In this document: piece by piece, positions 1 to 11,236 of the stretch | Layout of the letters: each line of letters starts with the position of its first letter | How positions within the stretch are numbered: the first letter of the stretch is position 1 | NCBI GenBank assembly: GCA_951406725.2 | Contig: OX597827.1 | Coordinates: forward strand, 80,476,001-80,540,000 | Origin: Octopus vulgaris | Taxonomy: Eukaryota | Length of the DNA stretch: 64,000 bases | Direction of reading: 5' to 3' | The notes under the pieces: generated by a model | Databases searched by the model: none | The model's input: the letters and a program-made list of their open reading frames with translations, nothing else | Told to the model about the DNA's origin: nothing | Made by a program: the position numbers and the translations under genes

Positions 1-1680
1 TCTTCTTTGAAAATTTCTGTGTTAGCAAAGTAGTGACTCTTGACAGAGGCAAGAGACTTAGGCATGGGAACTCATTGGAAAAAGAGGCCATGCAAGGACT
101 GCACTCATTTATGACAACTTGCATTGGAGGATGTGAACCTCAGGGTAAGGTTTTCTCTTTGTAAGAAAGAAAGAATCTTATGTTTTCTCCTATGCATATA
201 TATAAAAAGAACTGCTGTATGTATAACACTCTCAATGTTCTGGTACATTAAAATAACTCCCTATAATTACGAGTGTGAAGTTTTGTTCTGAAACTAATTG
301 TGTTATTGGTGATTATATTTAAAAGATAAAGAAGTAATTAACGTATAATTAAAACCAGGTCTAAATAGAAGTAATAATCATGAAAATAAAATCACAATAA
401 AAGCCCATATCTAAAGAAATGAATTCAGAAATAAACTATAAAATTTAATATAGTTTCATGTAATTAAAAGTATGCTTGCAATAGCTTTCTTAAACATAAG
501 TATTTATCCTTGTTTCTCAGAAATAGGATTGCCAACTAATAAAGATTAGAAAATGACATGTATTGACTAATATTGAAGATTAAAGATCTTATGACAAATA
601 AAAGACTAATGTGTTATAGATTAAGTAAATTTTGATGACTACAGATTATAAAAAGTTGCAGTTTATGCAAATTATATAAAAACATGTTTATACATAGAAC
701 ATTATGATCTAAATAGAAACGTTACAATGGGTCATAGAATACAATAATAAAAAAAAAGCACCAAGTCCTTCCGTAATAACTAAGCAAAATTAGAAATTTC
801 CAACTCGTCAGATTGCCTTATAATGATGAAAATCCTCCTAAAGACAGATTGCTTTCAATATGATCTATTAAATTGGTATTGAAAATACACTTGATGTTTA
901 ACTTCTGTAAAATATTGGCTTTAAATGTTCACATAATCTAACAGAATTTCACTATTGGAAATATTTGACAAAAAATATATATAACTGAAATTTTAGACAG
1001 AAATTACACAAATAATTAAATCACACACATACAAAAAAATTAAGTTTAAAAACATTAAAAATTACTATGATTTACACATAAATATATTTTAAGGAAACAT
1101 ATACAAAGATATTGCTAGCATTCTGCCTTTTCTACACAAAACTAGTCCTTGTCTTTTCTACAAGCCACCATTTCTATTCACTAATTTCCTTTGCTATTGA
1201 TCATTATTCCACATTAAAAATCTGTAACACAATGTTACTGCATCAATGCTATGAATCCACAAATTATAAAACAGATTTAAAAAGACTATAGTATATTTCT
1301 TCATATACTATATCAAACAACTTTTTGTAACTTTCCATAAATACAGACACAAAATTTCATCTTCTGAACAAAAACACTGCTACACTACGTTATACAGACA
1401 GCTGCCTACTGTTATTAGTCTGTTCATGCATCAAATATTATACAGCCATGGACGTTAGTGTTTCAACTGAATAAAGTTGAAATATGAAATACTTTTATCA
1501 ACGTCATCCAATTAATTATGGCATAAAAAAATATGAACAACACTACCATAAAATATGAGTGTATTATATTAATTCTTTTATTCTCTTGTCAACATCAAAT
1601 ATGTTAGAACAATATTGTTTCAAGTTCAGTGAGATTTATTGCATCAAATGAGGTTATAAAAAAATTAACTAGAAACTTAC

Positions 1681-1925
1681 CTTTTTGATAATTATATCAT
1701 TGGTTATTCAGTGAGAAAGAGAAAGATGTATTGTTGTAGAAAGATCCATTGTAAGTGCTGCTGTAATGGTGTGACAATGGCTGTTATGGTGATGGAGTAG
1801 TGTAGCACGTCAGGCAGAGAGTCTGCTGCTAGGAGAGGGTTGCATGTGTCACTGAAGTTGTATGTTTTGTGGGAGTACGTCCATCTAATAATATTCTGTG
1901 CATGTATTTATCCTCAAAGATGATG
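1681..1925 (-). other. Conserved non-coding leader (5'UTR) exon, copy A; belongs to a protocadherin gene left of the window
   Basis: ~180-bp core near-identical in 7 copies; ends at AAAAAG|GTAAGT donor (plus-strand acttac 1675-1680); 5' end approximate. Confidence 0.7.
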
Positions 1926-2036
1926 TTTGTTTACTGTTATTCACACACACACACACATCTATATTCAAAGAGCTTCAATATTCAATAGTTAAACATAACT
2001 GCTTGGTTTAATGGCACCAGTAGTGTGAATGTTTCT

Positions 2037-2107
2037 CTTTGTTAGTGATTTTATTCTATATTTCAGTGGGAATCTGATTGGCTGAATGACTTAAGCAGAA
2101 GACCAAT
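2037..2107 (-). promoter_or_regulatory. Candidate promoter module A (CTTTGTTAGTGA motif + ATTGG-N21-CCAAT)
   Basis: ctgattgg 2074-2081 and ccaat 2103-2107; same spacing in all units, just upstream of the leader exon. Confidence 0.6.
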
Positions 2108-2865
2108 GGCAATCTTCTCTTTGATATTGATTTGGTTAACTAAAACAGATTAGAAATTATTTAATCATTGAAGAAAGTGAGATAGTGTGATGTTGATCCA
2201 TTTCCATGTGGATTACTGGCATTAATAAACAGTTTTTATGCTGAAATATATTACTCCTAGAAATTCAGTGTTAGTAATTCTAAATTTGTGTTTACATGAA
2301 TGTTTCAATATGAAAACTTCTACTTTGTCACGAGAATATATAAGATTGAGATTTGTAATTTAGTAGAAATATTGTTCATTGTTAGGTTTTTATGAAATAA
2401 AGAATTATTATCGATTAAACATTATAATTTCATTTCAAGAAACAGCCACATACTAATGATTTGTATATTAAATCACAGATTCTGAGGTAGTAAAAATGAG
2501 AAAGATTATTTTGAAGCCAGGTCCCTAACTGGTACTTACATTAAGAATGAAAGCAAAAACGGTTTTGATTAGACTGATTTCAGAATGTAAAGGGTTGCAT
2601 CTAAAAACTGCAGGGTTTTATGTCCTAGCAACCAGTAGATTCTGCAAATCCTCTACCTTAATAAGGATTTCTAAATTCAGCACAAAACTTCAGAATTTTG
2701 GTATGGAGTATAGTCAATTACATCAATCCCAATATTAGAATGGTACATAAACAAAAATCAGAAGGAAGAGATCTAAAGTTGATGTAGTCAGGATTTGAAC
2801 TCAGATTGTAAGGGGATGTAACTAAATACATATAAACACTATTCAGAAGCATTTTGCCAATCCTT

Positions 2866-3070
2866 TCATCATCATCCTCATTATCATCATTATATGTCTG
2901 TTTTCCATGCTGGCATGAGTGGATAGTTTGACATGATCCAGCAAGCTGTAGGGCTATGCTGAGCTTCAGTATCAGCTTTGGCAGGGTTTCTGTGACTAGA
3001 TGCCCCTTCCTAAGATCAACCAATTTACCATGTGTACAGGGTGCCTTTTTTGTGCCACTGGCATGAGTGA
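2866..3070 (-). mobile_element. Retroelement 3' tail fragment ((CAT)n + TTTCCATGCTGGCATG family)
   Basis: Matches copies at 11237, 38200, 39965, 41245, 42345; the copy at 38200 runs into RTE-like coding remnants. Confidence 0.6.
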
Positions 3071-3982
3071 GGTTGCTAAATGACTCACAAAGTAGATAAA
3101 AAAGAACAGAAAAAGAAAAAGGAAAAGCTCTTGCTACCAAGTAAGGAAGAGTATTCAAAAGTGGTGGTGGGGGTGGCTTTATGCCAAAACTAAAGGGACA
3201 AACATAGGTGTCTTGGTACAGAAGGGATAAGTGGCTGCCCAACAATATACTGGAAGGGGTAAGAGTGGTTGAGAAGGAAAGCTGATGGTACGCTGTTTCA
3301 GAGCAAACTCTCAAATAATAGTAATAAAAATACTGGTTTCTAATTTAGGCAGAAGGGAAGGAGTTAGTCAGTATCATCAACTCCAGGACTGGACTGCTAC
3401 TTTATTCTATCAACACAAAAGAATGAAAGGCAAAGTTAACCCCAATGGGATTAAGAGTAAGAACAAATATTGTAGGGGCAATTTTTTTCCAGTTCTCTAA
3501 GGATTCTGTCAGCACATTGCCTTAATAACAAAAATATTAATAATAACAACAACGTCTAGCATATTGACAAAAGCATAAATTTGATGAAACAGCTGACTGA
3601 ATGAAACCCAGAACATGACTGGTACTATTTCATTGAGAACTGATAGTGATGATGATGATGATAAACTATTGTTATAAACAATATATTTGTGTTTAAAATA
3701 AGGCATGGTTTCAAGAAGTGTAGATATATATTTCTAGTAATTCATGTAAAATAAATATAATTACAGTACAGAAGCTTACATTGATTCGAAGAGAAGTTAA
3801 TGGTTTGCAGAACTTTGTGTTTATTTATCCAAATTATTGCTAATTCATCAACAGCCTGTCTTTACTATATAGCACAGATTAATAAGTAATGAGTGTGTTA
3901 AGTCTGTGTGTGTGTGTGTACTAATATGACTGTTCATCTATTCACATAGCAAAAGGTCGTCGTTGCTTCAACAGCTGTATAA

Positions 3983-4059
3983 TTAGACATGTTTCACTGG
4001 TGTCTCTTCACTGGAATCTTTTGATTTAGATGTATCATTGTTTTTATATATATTTTGAT
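3983..4059 (-). CDS. Pcdh: Protocadherin gene 1, terminal coding exon (DQNIYKNNDTSKSKDSSEETPVKHV*)
   Basis: TTTCAG acceptor, phase 1 matching the upstream donor, homologous exon in all 7 units with mostly synonymous or conservative changes. Confidence 0.8.
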
Positions 4060-5169
4060 CTGAAATTTCAATACAAAGTCAATTTTACAAAATACTTTAA
4101 ATGTTTGGTCTGTAAGAAGCACATGGAAAAAAGAATATAATAAAAACTGAATTCTGAGTACTTATATTTTTAACAAACTGAATATAAATGTAAACTGATT
4201 ATAAAGTATTGGTAACATTATTATATTTATTAATCCTGGTATCAGAGAACACAATATTAGCTTACTTGAACTTTCTGATATTCCTCATCAGTTCTGCCAA
4301 GCCAGATGTTCCTAAGACTGGTGATATACTTTCACTTTATGAAGATATGGACAATAACTTGTCCAGATTCTAAAGCCATACAAGAGAGTCAGCACAGTAA
4401 CTGTGTCATAAGTTCAGTTATTTGTCCCAGCTCATGGTTTTCATGTACCCATCTTCTGAGACAACCAAAAGCTGCACTGACTCAATTTATTATCAATACT
4501 TGTTTTGTGGTAGGTGACTACCTAACTACCGAAAGTGTTCTGCATCTTCCACCATTTATCCATAGATCTGAATAACTGGGCCATGTTTACACTTGTTGAA
4601 GTAAAAACTTTGGTTTCACTTAGGTTGAAATTTAGCCTATCTTCTTATGAGCATGGGACATATCTTTAGTTCTTTGGCTAAAAATGCACAAGTTTTGGAA
4701 TCATGTGTGCATTTAAGCCCACCTACAGAAACAATTGTTCAGTGAAGTTATGTAAGGAGGAGAAAGTTGTCCAAAGATGTACATAAAGTAAATCTCAATA
4801 AAAATGTGCCATCACTAGGTTCTAGTAGGAAATGTAAGCAAATACTCAACAAAAGTGTGGATGGATCATCTATGATGGAGCCCCAATATTAAGACAATCA
4901 CAAACTGAACAGCTCAGTGATGAATGTAAGTATACAAAGCAGTACAAAGTGAGGTACACAATGCCTCATTTTCCTCTCGGCAATAAACACCTGTTTTACG
5001 ACTGGGTGCTGGATTCTACATTGCCCTACATATATAAAGGATGGTCAATAGAAGTTGAAACTAATGGACAATGTAAGGGATTACCAATGACAATGATATT
5101 TACCGTAAGCAAATAAATATCTGCTTATGAAATGATATCAAAGAGAAATGTTGTCAATATAGTATTAAC

Positions 5170-5323
5170 CTGAAACTCCTGGTATTTCTTCGTAATGTTT
5201 CAAGTCTCCTTGTCTACCACTTCTCTTGGATGACATTGTATCTGATGTATAGTTACAAACCATAGTAGCATTATCTTCCACAGCATCATCACTTGATGTC
5301 ACCACAACAGGTTGACAGTATTT
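5170..5323 (-). CDS. Pcdh: Protocadherin gene 1, cytoplasmic exon (KYCQPVVVT...KHYEEIPGVS)
   Basis: TTTGTTTGTCAACAG acceptor, phase 0 in, CAG|GTTAAT donor; 154 nt in all copies. Confidence 0.85.
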
Positions 5324-5493
5324 CTGTTGACAAACAAACGATAAAGAAATGTGAGAAAACACCAAACAATGGAAGTTACAATCAACATGGATAGAGAACA
5401 ATTTAATATTGGAATGTATTATTGAAGTTAAACATATTCAAAGAGATTTCATTGTTCACTTTTACAGAGAGAAAATGTAATGTTTCCACTTAC

Positions 5494-7869
5494 TGGGGTA
5501 GGTTTTGGTAAAGTTCTCGACTGAACTGAAGATTCATATTTGTTCTGTAGCTGACCTTCTGCATAACATTCACTCTTGGATCTCTCAGAATAGATATTCC
5601 GCTTCACCATCTCTTCTGCATTCCTCGACATAGCAACAGAAGTGTTAGTCTGGTACAACAATTGTTTCATCTCTGCTCTACCTTGGTAGGCTGTATTCTT
5701 TGTGGCAGCAGCTGTGTTATCTCTGTGTTTAATACATTTCATAATACACAGCGTTATAGAAACAACAATAGCCACTGATATTATTACTGCTGATGATACA
5801 ATGATAATAACCCATGTCATATGGACCCGACCTGAAGATTGTAAAGGTCCACTTTTCGACATTGGTGAAGTCTCGTTACTAACAGCCAACACCAAAGTGA
5901 CACTAGTTGTTGACGACTGAACTGGACTACCACTGTCCTTCACAACAAACACCAGCTCATAACTTCCAGCATCATTTAGATAAACTTGTCTGGAGAAGGA
6001 TAAAGCACCACTGTGTGAGTTCATACTAAACAACTGTTTATCATTTCCTTGTATGATTGCATATCTGAGGAAAGCATTGTTTCCACTGTCCCCATCAGAC
6101 GCTCTCAAAACTGTGATGTCACTCTTACTCTGCGGATGGTACTGCACATTTAGCGTGTAAGGGTCACTACTAGGATATGTAAAATACGGAGCATTGTCAT
6201 TTTGATCTAGAATCTCAACAACAACATTCGCCGTGTCATTCAGAGATGGGCTTCCATTATCTTTGACAAAAACCTCAAACTTATACACATCTTGTTTCTC
6301 TCTGTCCAATGACATGGTCGCTGAAATGAAGCCATAACTGGTGATGAGAAACGGGAGATTGGATTTTTCTTTACGCAGCAGAGAATATGTGAGTTGTCCA
6401 GCAGATCCAAGATCAGGGTCAGTGGCATTGACAAAACCAATAGGGAAGTCTTTATCTTTGTTTTCGTAGGTGAGGAATTGGAATGTATCTTTGGTAAACT
6501 GTGGTTGTACATCGTTGATGTCAGTCACTTGGATAGAGAGGCTTTTAACACTTTTAAGAGGAGGTAATCCTTTATCTTGACAGGAGACAGGAATGTTATA
6601 GTGTCCTTGTGTTTCTCTGTCCACTGGTTTGTTTAGAATGATTTTATATTCTTTAGATCCCATTGACTGTAGTTTGAATGTATCATGTTTGATATCACAG
6701 CTGACCTCTCCATTTTGTCCCACATCATTGTCAGTGACCATCACATAAGCAATGAAACTACCAACTTTGATGTTTTCAGAGATGGTACCTGTGTTATAAT
6801 TGAGTGCAGAAACATAATCTATATCCATAGAAGGAGGATTGTTGTGCTGGTTGATAACATTTACGAGGACTGTTGCTATGGAACTGAGAGGAGGGTTGCC
6901 TCTATCTCTAGCCTCTATGAACAATTCGTAAGTTTTCTTTTTCCCTAAGTTTGAATATTCCCTTAAGAAAATACTTCCACTGGTTTCATTTAACTGAAAA
7001 TAGCTTTTTGTTACATCTGATGTCTTTCGGCTGAAATGGAAAGTAATTTTACCATTTTCACCAGCATCAGCATCAGTCACAGACAAAACAATGATGGGTT
7101 TAGACTTGTGATGTGCACTTTGTATGGATATATTGTATAGAGGTTTAGAAAATACAGGTGGGTTGTCATTAACATCTGTCACAGAGATATTTATATTCAA
7201 AATACCTTGTTTTGCTGGCGAACCTCCGTCTTTAGCTATGACTTGTAATAAATATGTATCTTTGATTTCTCTGTCCAATGTTTCTTTTAAAACTATTTTA
7301 AGAGAAGAAATACCGTCAGCTCTTTTAGACACTGATAAAGAGAATGGTTCTCCATTCTTTGATTTTAATTTATATTGTATTAAGGAATTTTGAAATCCAA
7401 CATCTTTGTCCATGGCATTTGGTATTGATTGTTTTGTACCTTTAGCTATATTCTCATAAAACTGTATGTTGGTGTTCTTTATGAGAAACTCCGGTTCATG
7501 GTCATTAATATCTTCTATCACTATTTTGACTTTTAATATTTTTGTGAATGATTCCATTTTCTTTATAATAACTTTGACAGTTCTGGAACATTCTTTGTTG
7601 AATGTGCAGAGATCTTCTGCATCCAGTGTCTGAGCAGTGTACAGTTTACCTGTTTTGGTGATGTTAAATAACTGTGCCACCTTTCGTTTGAATTGACTGA
7701 ATGTTATCAAATGTTGGTCAGATGGTTTAACATTGTCTAAAAGTTTAGAATCGGCAGCAATGTCTGCTACATATGTTCCTGGACTTCTCTCTTCTTCCAC
7801 ATGGTAGGTAAGGTCTATGGTCAGGACACAGTGGACCAGTGACAATACAATAGAAAATGACAGGAACAT
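5494..7869 (-). CDS. Pcdh: Protocadherin gene 1, main exon: signal peptide, EC1-EC6, TM, juxtamembrane
   Basis: Cadherin motifs DINDHEP, LDRE, DVNDNPP, DXD; EC1 C-x5-C loop (LDAEDLCTFNKEC); TM WVIIIVSSAVIISVAIVVSITLCIM; donor CCA|GTAAGT at 5493; acceptor TTTCAG|GTTCA with exon start at 7922. Confidence 0.95.
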
Positions 7870-9829
7870 GTTGTTGAAGCTATATGTTTGTTAATGATGC
7901 ACATGTATGTAGAGGATTGAACCTGAAAATGAAATATATTTTCATGAATTATTATAAGACATAAAATCATTTAAAATACTGTAATGTACATTGCTATTGC
8001 AAAATACTTTGCTGACAAGTTGACCTTCTGACCTTAAGACCATTCATCCAAATTCCAAATATCCTTAATCCAGCTTTATTGTGCAAGGAGAACCAAAGTA
8101 AGGAATAAAAATGGTTCCAAAAGCACCTTATCTTTATGGGGTATGGCAATTGCATTCAGCTGTTTGAATGATGACGATTTGGCATAGATGACGGAACCCA
8201 AGACATGACTGTAATTTTTGGCACTGGAGGCACTCACACACACACACATGTGCATGTAACACAGAAATATACACTTACAGACAGACAGATAGATCATAAC
8301 TTATTACTTGAAACAGACTGATATAAACACTTTCCCTCTCCCCGTACACCTAAAGAGAAATATACTCACACACATAAATAGAGAGAGAGAGACAGAGAGA
8401 GAGAGAAGGGGGAGGGAAAGAGATGTGTTTGTGTAATTGGGGTAATTTAATACATTTTCATTCTTCTCTCCCCCACTGTCCTCTCTCCCCAGTTTTTCTG
8501 GTTAAAGGGCTAAAATTGAAATTCTGAGTTAACTCCACTTAGTCAAAGACATATAGGAATCTATTGAGAGAAAATTCTCTCTTTCCCATGTTTCGTCAAT
8601 ATTTCACTTGCTATCATCTACACAAAATGAAGCAGAAAGTTTAATAAAGGTTAGTGGTTATGATTATAAATTAGTTGCCGAGCCAGAATAAAAACGAAAT
8701 TTTCACGGTGTCAGAAGGTCCTGGAGACAAAGTGTCTGATGCCATATAAGTGAGCATCAAATTACTGATGCCAAACAGGCAGGCTCAAAACATCTCATAC
8801 CCTCTTCCTGAATTCTTAAAGAATTGATTCATTGTTACTAACAATCTACACACACATCATCATCATCATCATTTAACATTTATTTTTTGACAGGACTTCC
8901 TGAACCACAAATTTGCATCAAGCTCCAATGTTGGCTCTTGATATGGCTTCTACCGATGGATGCTCTTCATGATGCCAACCACTTTGCAGCCTGTACTGGG
9001 TGCTATTTTCGAGCCACTTTCACCAGTGAAGTCACAAGTAATTTGCACGGCAGATAAGGAAAAGGGGAAAAAGTTTCCATGTCTAATTGTGGGACGGGGA
9101 GTTTTTGAGACGATGGGTGGCTTTATGCTAGTTGTTAAGCTAAAGGATGAATGAGGGACAAGCACAGATGTCTTGCTAATGAGGAGATACATAGGTACCC
9201 TGCATTATATAAGGGTGGGCGGGAGAAGTTGGGAAGAACATAAAGATGGTAGTGACTGTGTGTCAGAATGAACTCAAGGTACAAGATTTAGGTGTGGTTG
9301 AAGTGAAATACCTGTATGTAAAGTGGGTGAGGTGTGAAAGAGAAGCTGTTCAGGACAGATGATAGAAGAGGAGGAAGGGAAATGTTGTGCAAGTTGTATG
9401 AGCATTGAGGAGGGAGATAGAGAAGGACATAATGGTGGGGGACTATAGTGAGTGGGGTATGATGGAGGATATGAGAGAGCATTGAGAATGATAGCAGATA
9501 TGTGAGGTGTCAAGATGGAGTATGTCAGAGGAGATGACTGATGGTACAAAAAAGGTGATGAGTGAAAATATTGTGGGAAGAAATAATAATGAGAATAAAG
9601 AATGGAGGTGGTTCAAGTGGGAGAGAGATAACTGGTGGTGCAAAGAAATGGGGCTGAGTGACATGTATCACTTCTGTTCTCAAGTGATTACAGTCACAGA
9701 ATAGTGCCATGAATAGAGGAGTGATGAGGAAGGCTGGGTGTTGAGGGGAATAAGATGTGAGGGCTGCTTGATAGGGCATCATGGGTTACAAGCATGAACA
9801 GAATGCTTTTAGGACATCATCTTCTCGTT

Positions 9830-10645
9830 GTGATTGACAGGTCTTTTCGAGCACAATGAATCATCAATCATTTTGGTCCCTTTTGTCATATGATCCACGA
9901 GTCTTTAACACCTTCAATATTTCTTCTCGTGTCTTTCTAGGCCTCTCTCTTCCACAAGTTCCAACCACTTGGAGTAATCAGCATTCCTTTATGCAGCTGT
10001 CCACATCTATATGTTTCACGTGGCCAAAAGCCAGCGCCGTCTTCTTTCTTACGCTCTACATTGGATTCCTTTTATCTTCGTTTTTCTCTCAATAACATTA
10101 TTCTACATACACACTGACATCAAAAATACAACAGAGCTCACTAGCTTCCCTCCTCTATAATCTTTATAATATATCTTTTGCATTCAGGGTCCACATCTCA
10201 CTCCCATGTAGCATTTCTATTCGTACACAAGCATAATACAATCTGCCTTTCACTCTGAAAGAATGAGCCTTCATTGGCAACAAAGGCAGGAGCTCTCTCA
10301 AGTTCTTCCATCCTACTCTTATTCTACTAACTATATTTTCAGAATATCCTCTTCTACTGCTACTTAGGTCACCTTGGTAACTAACTCTATCTACTACCTT
10401 GAGGTAGTCTCTGGGGCACCTGAGAAAATATATTTCCCATGAGTCCCTCAGCGTTTATTACCCCTGTACACTTTCCACATCCAAACACTACTTTCTTTGT
10501 TAACCTTCTTGTATTCTACTGCATCTTTTGCGTACCCATAGCTTGCATTTGGCACACCATATGAAATTCCTCCCTGACTCTTCTCACAACATTTAAACAT
10601 ACTGTAGACTACTTCTTCCAAACATCTTGACCTATTTTGCATACC
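9830..10645 (-). mobile_element. Degenerate RTE-like non-LTR retrotransposon fragment
   Basis: Homologous to 29560-30370, whose translation shows RT C-terminal-type motifs; broken frames. Confidence 0.65.
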
Positions 10646-11236
10646 ATTTACTATACAGATGCAACATTCAGTCTTACTTACAACAAAATGAAATGAACGT
10701 TATAACAATACGTTTTTAGACAATAGTTATTGATCGATTCATTTAACAAATATTACACAAACACAGATAATATTGCCTTAACTCAATATAGTCAAAGAAT
10801 AAAACATTTCAATCTACATCATCCAATTAAATATATAAAACAACAAGGACAACATTACTGAAATTACACAGGGATTATTATTTTCTTGTTAACATTAAAT
10901 GTGTTAGAATAATGTCTCAGAAATTCAATGAGATTTAGTAAATCAACATGAGACTTTTGTTATTTATCCCTGAGAAAAGATTTGCAATTTGATTTTGGTG
11001 ATGATGAAGTCACAGCAATCATCAAAAAAGAGTGGTTCTTTATACAGTCTGATTAATTCGGTGACACTATTCCAGTTTTATACTTTCAGTAACTCAGAAA
11101 CCAGTCTTGAATATCTAACACGTATCCTATTATCATATCTTCTGTCACCTCATCTCTCTCCATTGGTTCTTGTCACATTAGGTTTCCTGTTCAATGCCGA
11201 CATGTAGTGATATTTCTATCTATTTCAGAAATAGCA

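Noticed and set aside
1681-1925. Conserved block as a coding constant exon
   Set aside because: The longest open frame has no ATG and stops before the donor, and copy B has frameshifting indels.
5324-5401. Independent 67-78 aa gene MFSxHVDCNF... repeated in each unit
   Set aside because: The N-terminal part is intron (polypyrimidine tract and acceptor) with indels in genes 3 and 7; only the 154-nt exon is coding.
5449-5493. ORF-track C-terminus VSGNITFSLCKSEQ as the real protein end
   Set aside because: It begins at a perfect CCA|GTAAGT donor, and genes 5 and 7 have a frameshift here (VSGNITFFSL*), so it is intron read-through.
5702-6512. Conserved antisense or alternative-frame ORFs (MAAAVLSLCL..., MYNHSLPKI..., MFDITADLS...)
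   Set aside because: Shadows of the homogenised Pcdh CDS; their recurrence needs no separate function, and several start at non-ATG codons.
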